From Octopus bimaculoides (taxonomy: Eukaryota), in the NCBI RefSeq assembly GCF_001194135.2, contig NC_068994.1:14942458-15002519 (forward strand): a DNA stretch of 60,062 bases. Reading direction: 5' to 3'. This document shows positions 52,068 to 60,062 of the stretch, one piece after another. Below the pieces are notes generated by a model. The model did no database searches. It was not told where the DNA came from and saw only the letters and a program-made list of their open reading frames with translations. Position numbers and translations under genes: made by a program. The stretch's first letter is position 1. Every line of letters begins with the position of its first letter.

Positions 52068-52445
52068 TAGGTGCAGGAATGGCTATATGGTAAGAAGTTT
52101 GCTTCCCAAGCACCTGGCTTCAGTCTCACTGTATAGCACCTCGGGTAAGTGTCGCTGACCAAAGCCTTGTGAGTGGATTTAGCAGGTAGAAAATGTGTGA
52201 AAGACCATCATGTGTATAAATATATGTGTGTGTGTGTGTGTGTGTGTGTATTTATGTTTGTCCACCATCACTACTTGATAACTGGTTTACATTCCTGTAA
52301 CTTAGCATTTTGGTAAAAAAAAGGCTGGGAGAATAAGTACGAGGTTTTAAAAAAATAAGTACTGGGGTCAATTCGTTCGACTAGAAAAACCCTGTCAAAG
52401 CAGTGCTCCAGCATGGTCACAATCCAATGACTGAAGCAAGTTAAA
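52068..52445 (+). mobile_element. SINE family A, diverged
   Basis: aggtgcaggaatggctatatggtaagaag ... aatgactgaagcaagt. Confidence 0.75.
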
Positions 52446-52606
52446 GAAAAAGAAAAACAATAAAAAGAAAGTAATAAAGATAACTTTCAAAGAATTAATT
52501 CCATATATTCCTCTAAGGATAAAGAAGTAAACCAATCTTAGTTATTTGTGAAATAATCTCCAAAGATGTGATTTTGTTATTTAACTCCAGGTCATCCATA
52601 TGATCA

Positions 52607-52987
52607 GAGGCGCAATGGCCCAGTGGTTAGGGCAGCGGACTCATGGTCATAGGATCACGGTTTCGATTCCCAGACTGGGCGTTGTGAGTGTTTATTGAGC
52701 GAAAGCACCTAAAAGCTCCACGAGGCTCCGGCAGGGGATGGTGGCGAACCCTGCTGTACTCTTTCACCACAACTTTCTCTCACTCTTACTTCCTGTTTCT
52801 GTTGTGCCTGTAATTCAAAGGGGCCAGCCTTGTCACACTGTGTCACGCTGAATATCCCCGAGAACTACGTTAAGGGTACACGTGTCTGTGGAGTGCTCAG
52901 CCACTTGCACGTTAATTTCACGAGCAGGCTGTTCCGTTGATCGGATCAAGTGGAACCCTCGACGTCATAAGCGACGGAGTGCCAACA
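52607..52987 (+). mobile_element. SINE family B, full length
   Basis: 14-bp TSD catccatatgatca at 52593-52606 and 52988-53001. Confidence 0.92.
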
Positions 52988-53169
52988 CATCCATATGATC
53001 AAAAGTGGTTCAGTTATGGATATAATAACAAGCAACATAAACCGAAATATCATATCTTTTACTCATTTCAGTCATTAAACTGCAGCCATGCTGGAGCACC
53101 ACATTGAAGAGTTTTAAGCTTGGTACTTATTCAATGTATCATCTCTATGTCTTCCACACATACAGGCTT

Positions 53170-53392
53170 GTCCTTTCAGGTGCCGGTGCCACTTGAAAAG
53201 CACCCGTGCCAATGATGCATTAACACACCCAGCACACTCTGTTAAGTGGTTGGCATTAGGAAGGGCATCCAGCCGTAGAAATAGACAGCTGAGGTCCGGA
53301 CAACTCCCTGCTAGCCAGCTCCATGTCAAACTGTCCAACCCATGCCAGCATGGAGATCAGATGTTAAACGATGATGCTGATGATGATGATGA
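53170..53392 (+). mobile_element. Family D retroposon
   Basis: ggttggcattaggaagggcatccagccgtagaa...gttaaacgatgatg. Confidence 0.75.
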
Positions 53393-53849
53393 GCAACATG
53401 TAATTTGAGGGAGATTGGACTACTATTTCTAGCATGTAGACCAACCATACAGAGGCTCTCTCCCACTTATAAGAATTACGTGGAGAATAGTGCTACAAAA
53501 TAAATAACAACAAATAATTCAATAAGATAATTCTATAACTTGGAATTATTAATTTAATGCGTTGCTATAATTAGATGTCCATTTTTCTTTCTTGTGTGTG
53601 TGTATATGTATATTGGAACATATGTGAATGAGCATGTCTATGTATGTATCTCTTATTCCGTTATCGGTTTCAGTCATTGGACTGTGGCCAGGCTGCAGTA
53701 ACATTTCAAGAGTTTGTACCCAATAATGAAGGACTGTGAATTGAGTTGTTGTTGCTTTGTATTTACATCTTTCAAGCTTATAATCATTCCAAGCTTACCG
53801 TCAACTCCAACACGCCAAGCATAAGTCAGGAATAGATATTTTAGGTCAT

Positions 53850-53968
53850 TTTAGATTGGAGCCTGGTGTTGCCATCCGGTTTCACCAGTCCTCAGTCAAG
53901 TCGTCCAACCCATGCTAGCATGGAAAGCGGACGTTAAACGATGATGGTGATGATGATGGTGATGATGA
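53850..53968 (+). mobile_element. Family D retroposon, 3' fragment
   Basis: gattggagcctggtg...ccatgctagcatggaaagcggacgttaaac(gat)n. Confidence 0.8.
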
Positions 53969-54303
53969 TTTATGTCCAGTTCTCCCATCTACTGTGCTCT
54001 ACATTTAGCAAGTCTGTATTTTTTATAATCATATGCAAAGTATTTGGCAATGTGACCAGTTTTGTCTCTCAGTCTCTTTTACAGATGTCCTATCATTCAG
54101 ACCAAATGTATGTATCATCAGGTATATAGCCATATGTCCATCCAACAAACCTGATTTCACCATCTAGGACACCTTTGGTTAAGCTGAGTAAACAAATCAC
54201 AGATAACTTTTAGTTTTATAGATTAGTAAGAAGGGAAATTGGTGAACTGGCAGAATCATTCGCACGTTGAACAAAACGCTTAGTGTCATTTCAGTGCTAC
54301 TTT

Positions 54304-54557
54304 GGCGTGTGATCTACAAGGGAGATTACTTTAGGTTACTTTTTAAATTATTTTGTTCATTTTAGCATTGGAAATGTACCTTTTCAAAATTCTTACTATT
54401 TTAATAATAAGAAAGCCATATAATACTTAAAATAAGTGCATAGATCCCCAACCAAAGTAAATTTGCTCACGCAGATAACATGGAAAGTAGCACTCACACA
54501 AAGTAAACTAAAAAAGTAACCAAAAGTAATCTCCTTTTAAATTTTAGATCACATGCT
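54304..54557. mobile_element. MITE with about 45-bp terminal inverted repeats, inserted in a SINE C variant
   Basis: ggcgtgtgatctacaagggagattactttaggttactttt matches the reverse complement of aaaagtaaccaaaagtaatctccttttaattttagatcacatgct. Confidence 0.7.
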
Positions 54558-54696
54558 AACCATGGCACCAACACTTCTTCCCACACTTTATGTTCTAAGT
54601 TCAAGCCCTGATGAGGTCGACTTGGATTTTCATCTTTTTAGAGTTGATAAATTAAAGTACTAGTCAAATATTGGGATCAATGGAATCAACTAACTC

Positions 54697-55082
54697 ATCA
54701 TCATCTTCGTTTAATATCCGCTTTCCATGCTAGCATGGGTTGGACAATATGACTGGGGACTGGGGAAACCAGATGGCTACACCAGGCTCCAATCTGATCT
54801 GGCAGAGTTTCTACAGCTGGATGCCCTTCCTAACGCTAACCACTCCGAGAGTGTAGTGGGTGCTTTTACATGCCACCAGCACAAGGGCCAGTCACACGGT
54901 ACTAGCAACGGCCACGCTCAAAAAGGTGTTTTTTACATGCCACCTGCATGGGAGCCAGTCCAGCGGCACTGGCAACGACCTCGTTCGAATGATTTTCTTA
55001 CGTGCCACCAGCACAAGTGCTAGAAGGCAACGCTGGTAACGATTACGCTCTAATGGTGCTATTTACGGGCCACTAACACGGA
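54697..55082 (-). mobile_element. Family D retroposon with four tandem 5' modules
   Basis: (CAT)n tail, D body, then repeated tttacRtgccacc units about 65-70 nt apart. Confidence 0.8.
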
Positions 55083-55638
55083 AGCCAGACAGCTACCCCT
55101 AAAATAACTGGTCTTGGGGCAAAAATCACAATTACTATGTAAAGATGACAAGCTGACAGAATTGTGAGCAGGAATGATAAAATATTTAGCAGCATTTCTT
55201 CCAGCTCTTTGCATGGGAGTTCGAATTCTGCCATGCTTTTCATCTTTTTGGGGTTGATAAAATGAGTATCAATTAAATACTGGGAACTGAGGTAGATGTA
55301 ATTAACTTAACCACTCTACTAAAATTGCTGATCTTCTGCCAAAATTTGAAACCTTAAATCAACAAGAGGGCAGTTTTAGTTAAAGCTTTCCATCTTTTTG
55401 TGCAAGTTATGTAGCTCTGTTCAGTTCTGACCAGATTTACAGCAGCTACCCCTGGATGTATCTTCTAAAAGCACACATACGAAATCTCTGAAAGAAATGC
55501 ACATGGCTTTATTTCCATGGTCACAGGGAAAAGTTTAGATATGGTATTCACATGATGATAGGAAATGGATCATACTGAACAGTTTTTAGACAACAAATCT
55601 ATCTTTTGCAACAGCTTGAAAATACTACTGGGAAGACT

Positions 55639-55692
<54 letters not shown>
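55639..55692. repeat. (ACT)n microsatellite
   Basis: Direct reading. Confidence 0.95.
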
Positions 55693-55695
<3 letters not shown>

Positions 55696-56805
55696 CACAC
55701 ACATGCGTGCATGCACAAAAACATACACACACATGCGCATGCGCACAAACACACATGTGCATGCGCATGCAAGCACACATGCGCAAACACAACTGAATGT
55801 GATTCTATAATTCTAGGATGTGTTATTAATGAACATTTACACACCCACACCCACACACACACAAATACACAGACACAAACTATGTAAAAACAGGAACCAA
55901 TCTGGAATTAACATAAAACGACTCATTCATCTTATTACATGTGCATATCAAATTATGTTCGTGTACTTTTAACCCACATAGAAAAGTCTAATAAATAACA
56001 TCTGGTTATGACACACAAGATTTTTATTTATTAAACCAAAATTTTATTAGCATTCATTATTTTACGTTTCTTTTCTCTGATATTTTAATGAGTGACCAGT
56101 TCTGTTCATGAGAAACCAATTTCCCTAGCTGGTTGTCTGCTACTTCACCAGAATTTATTATACTTCAGTCAACTAAGAAGTAGGTGTATGGTTACTGTCT
56201 TCTGCAACAGAACTAGCACTAGACAAAATTTAACGAAGACTAACAATCTGTAATTGTAGACCAAGATAAAAATCAAAGCTGTGCATGTTGAGTCACTGTA
56301 GCCACCTAAGATAAAAAAGTGGTAATGAAATAGAAATAAAAAGAAATCACAAATTCAACCCAGCTGATATGATCAATTTGAGCAATTCTTGGCTAATCTT
56401 ATTCAATGTCTTTTTTATTTTATTTTATTTTAATTTATTTTATTCTCCACTTTGGAAGACAAATTGAAAGGCAGACAAGTAACCATGACATCATTTCGTT
56501 CAGAACATTAATCAAGTAATCATGAATGCATATTAGTGATTTTGGTTGATGCAGGCAAGAAAAATAACTGACTTAATATTATTGTAATTATGAATGTTGT
56601 CGAAGTTGGTGGATTAGCTGAACCTGTAAGGTGCTGACCTAAATGATTTTCAATATTTAGGTGTCCTTTTAAATGACAAACTCAAATATAAAGGCTGATT
56701 TTGTCTTCATTTCTTGAGAAGGAAACAGGAAAGAACAATGAAAAAAGATACCAGAAGTAAATTCTATGCATTAAATCTGTTCTTTGTGACTTTATGTTAA
56801 TATGT

Positions 56806-57121
56806 GGAGGCACAATGGCCCAGTGGTTAGGGCAGCGGATTCGCAGTCATAGGATCGCGGTTTCGATTCCCAGACCGGGCGTTGTGAGTGTTTATTGAGC
56901 AAAAACACCTAAAGCCCCACGAGGCTCCGGCAGGGGATGGTGGCGAACCCTGCTGTACTCTTCCACCACAACTTTCTCTCACTCTTACTTCCTATTTTCT
57001 GTTGTACCTGTAATTCAAAGGGTCAGCCTTGTCACACTGTGTCACGCTGAATATCCCCCGAGAACTACGTTAAGGGTACACGTGTCTGTGGAGTGCTCAG
57101 CCACTTGTACATTAATTTCAC
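56806..57121 (+). mobile_element. SINE family B, 3' truncated
   Basis: Highly similar to 52607-52920. Confidence 0.9.
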
Positions 57122-57257
57122 CCCACCATCTTCCAGAATTGCTGGCCTTGTGCCAAAATTTGAAATCAATATTACTATAATTATGAGCATTGTCAAAGTT
57201 GGTAGATTAGCAGAACTTGTAAGGTGCTGACCTAAATGATTTTCAATATTTAGGTAT

Positions 57258-57670
57258 TGTTACGATCAGAGAAATTAATAATGTAAGAAAAAGGGGTAAT
57301 CTTCCTTCTGATCACAACAACAAAGTGTTCAAACAGGGAAGTAAATGTTCATATATGGAGATTATGCCCAGTCTCATTGGTTTCAAGGTAGGTAGTGAAC
57401 GGTCCGACCCATATGCAGCTCCGTCTCGTTCTGATTCTATTCGCTGTCTTCCCCACAACTCTTTTTAACAGGAAGTAGGAGATTACCAGCCTTTCTCGTT
57501 AACAGGAAGTGAATGAGGTTACCTGTCTTGTACTATGCTAACTTCCTGTATATATATATTTGGTTATTCATACCGACGTTATTTCACTTCTGCCAAACGG
57601 TCGGTGACAAACGTTTATCTCGCCACCTTCGGAAAATATAGGGTAAGTGCTCACCCTTCATTATCTTATA
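57258..57670. mobile_element. Solo LTR, 413 bp
   Basis: Starts tgttacgat, ends atcttata (CA to TA); 5-bp TSD ggtat at 57253-57257 and 57671-57675; paralogous empty site in the duplicated copy near 56660. Confidence 0.8.
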
Positions 57671-58841
57671 GGTATGTCCTTTTACATGACAAACTCAAAT
57701 ACAAAGGCTGAATTTTGCTTTTATTTCTTGAGAGGGAAGCAGAACAGAAAGGAACAATAAAAAAAAAAGATACCAGAAGCAAATTCTGTGCATTAAATCT
57801 GTTCTTTGTGACTTTATGTCAATATAAGAAATCGCTATAGGGAACACAATAACATTTTTGAAAACAAGGACTTTATATGCATTTTTTGCTATTGGCAATA
57901 AAGGTCGTAAGCTGGCAGAATCGTTAGCACATCAAGCAAAATGCTTATTGGCATTTCATTATATTATAATATTGATTTCAAATTGCCCATATGTAGTCCT
58001 CTGCAGGACAAGGGTTTCAGTATGTCCTCTTCACCAACCACAGTCTGATGTGGAGACCATGAATTTGAGCTTGAAATCATACTGGTTTTGATGAGCCTGT
58101 TCTGTCATATTAGCTTGGCAGAGAGACACAGTGTTCTATACTCATACCCAGGAGTAGTTAAATTAAATACACTAATCCCCAGTATTCAACTGGTACTTAT
58201 TTTATCGACCTCGAAACGATGAAAGGCAAAGTTGACCTCAGAATGTATGGATGGACGAAATACCACAAAGGATTTCGCTTGGTGTGCTAACGATTCTGAC
58301 AGCTCATCACCTTTGTATCTGCGGAATAATCAACCATTTAAATGCTAATTCAATAAGTCTGGTTGCTCAATGCATGTGCTAATGTGAGTGTGCACTGATG
58401 TGTGTGTGAGTTTGGGTAAATATGTTTCTGTGTGTGTGAGGAAATTTATCAAATGCATTTTAGTTTCAGAAAAAAAAAAAATGGACCTAATTTAAGTAGT
58501 AGTGCACAAAAGTATCTTTCAATAGCACATGGTGAACCCATATAAAGATATATAATATACTTATGGTTGGAAATTCTGACCAAGATCCTTTTAGTTTCAA
58601 AACAATGTAAACACTGATGTACAATGGAGAACAGCTATTGTGATTGTAAGTGTGCGAGTTTGAGTTTGATGAATGTAAGTGTAGGTTTGGGTGTTTAGCG
58701 TGAGTGTTTACTTCCGAGTTTTGATTTTGAATGGAGGGTGACTTTGTGTAATTTGAGTTTGTGAGTGTGCACTTGTGAAGTGTGATTATGCATTGTGTTT
58801 TAACTATAAGTGTACATTCTAAGTATGTGTGTGAATGCTGT

Positions 58842-59296
58842 GTGTTGTTGGCACTCCGTCGCTTACGACGTCGAGGGTTCCAGTTGATCCGATCAACAGA
58901 ACAGCCTGCTTGTGAAATTATCATGCAAGTGGCTGAGCACTCCACAGACACGTGTACCTTTAACGTAGTTCTCGGGGATATTCAGCGTGACACAGTGTAT
59001 CAAGNNNNNNNNNNCAAGTGGCTGAGCACTCCACAGACACGTGTACCTTTAACGTAGTTCTCGGGGATATTCAGCGTGACACAGTGTATCAAGGCTGACC
59101 CTTTGAATTACAGGCACAACAGAAACAGGAAGTAAGAGTGAGAGAAAGTTGTGGTGAAAGAGTACAGCAGGGTTCGCCACCATCCCCTGCTGGAGCTTTG
59201 TAGAGCTTTTAGGTGTTTTCGCTCAATAAACACTTACAACGCCCAGTCTGGGAATCAAAACCGTGATCCCATGACCGCGAGTCCGCTGCCCTAAAC
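58842..59296 (-). mobile_element. SINE family B (with an 80-bp artefactual duplication across a 10-N gap)
   Basis: Flanked by gtgtgtgaatg on both sides. Confidence 0.85.
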
Positions 59297-60062
59297 ACTG
59301 GGCCATTGCGTTTCCACGTGTGTGAATGTAAGCATGTGTTAATACTTGTTTGAGTGAACGCAGCAAGCTGAGAGAATCGTTAGCATGTCAGGCAAAATTG
59401 GTTAGCAGCATTTTGTCTGTTTTCATGTCCTGAGTTCAAACTCTGCCTTTCAGGATTGATAATACAATAACCAGTTGAGTACTGAGGTCGATGTAATCAA
59501 CTTGCCCACTCCCCCGAAATAGCGGGCTTTCTGCCAAAATTTGAAATCAATATTTATGATTGAATGTGTGTGCTAATAGCTGTGTGCACAAAGTGTTTTT
59601 GTGATGTGGGATCTAGTTCAAAACGGGGGCACCAGTATTTTCTTAACGAAACACNNNNNNNNNNNNNNNNNNNNNNNNNNNNNNNNNNNNNNNNNNNNNN
59701 NNNNNNNNNNNNNNNNNNNNNNNNNNNNNNNNNNNNNNNNNNNNNNNNNNNNNNTCAACTGGAACCCTCGACGTCGTAAGCAACGGAGTGCCAACAACAA
59801 CATTTTGCCTGTAACTACATTCTGAGTTCAAATTCTAGTGAGGTTGACTTTGCTTGGCAATCTACGCAAAGGACTTGCCTTGGATCTTGTTCAAAACGGG
59901 GGCACCAGTATTTTCTTAACAAAACACTTTGAAACTTGGGACACTGGTAGAATGTGTCATATAAAACATCTTTTTCTCTTAGTCTTCTTAACAAAAAATC
60001 GTACATCGCAAGTTATTTCATGTTAAAGTTGTCGTATTTCTGTAATTTCAACCAATGACTGA

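Larger units (their letters stand above)
56575..57825. repeat. Local duplication of about 230 bp (56575-56803 and 57168-57825, the latter split by an LTR)
   Basis: Shared gtaaggtgctgacctaaatgattttcaatatttaggt ... gcattaaatctgttctttgtgactttatgt. Confidence 0.85.

Noticed and set aside
52607-52680. tRNA gene-like sequence (also 29730-29804, 56806-56880)
   Set aside because: A/B-box-like head continuing into a 300-bp repeated body with TSDs: a SINE head, not a stand-alone tRNA.
55734-55745. Perfect NRF1-like palindrome TGCGCATGCGCA
   Set aside because: Embedded in a decaying (CA)/(TG) microsatellite where such words arise readily.
58927-59094. Exact 80-bp direct repeat across a 10-N gap
   Set aside because: Identical sequence on both sides of a minimal gap is a contig-overlap assembly artefact.
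1171-60026. The listed ATG-initiated ORFs as genes
   Set aside because: They are microsatellite translations (HT/YI/VC runs), recurring SINE frames (e.g. DGLLSVSVYQIHSQG, LQLDALPNANH) or N-gap read-throughs. Only 33873, 6319, 4720 and 47724 overlap transposon protein remnants.
1-60062. CRISPR arrays, rRNA genes, prokaryotic operons
   Set aside because: None seen; the sequence is eukaryotic intronic DNA and the recurring repeats are dispersed SINEs, not repeat-spacer arrays.

Overview
AT-rich, microsatellite- and transposon-dense animal genomic DNA with 8 assembly gaps. The repeat landscape looks like octopus (coleoid cephalopod); this is recalled, not searched. The ORF track is essentially noise. 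One convincing protein-coding exon is present and is absent from that track: a 204-nt phase-0/phase-0 minus-strand exon (38479-38682) from the N-terminal region of a KDM3/JMJD1C-type histone demethylase, so most of the window is probably intron of that gene. The rest is at least four tRNA-head SINE types, a (GAT)n-tailed retroposon family, a CR1/L2-type LINE 3' end sharing its tail with one SINE, mariner, hAT and piggyBac-type fossils and MITEs (often nested), and two solo LTRs with 5-bp TSDs. The most interesting element is a 410-bp non-coding insertion (40611-41020; 358-nt unit plus terminal redundancy, 10-bp TSD). It carries a type I hammerhead ribozyme with a compensatory U3-A8 core, i.e. 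a retrozyme/Penelope-type element, in sense orientation on the KDM3 pre-mRNA strand. Also notable: tandem H-type pseudoknot modules in the (GAT)n-tailed family, a candidate poison exon, candidate internal-promoter exons and two CpG-retaining domains. SINE family letters A-E are my own labels. Repeat boundaries without a TSD are approximate.
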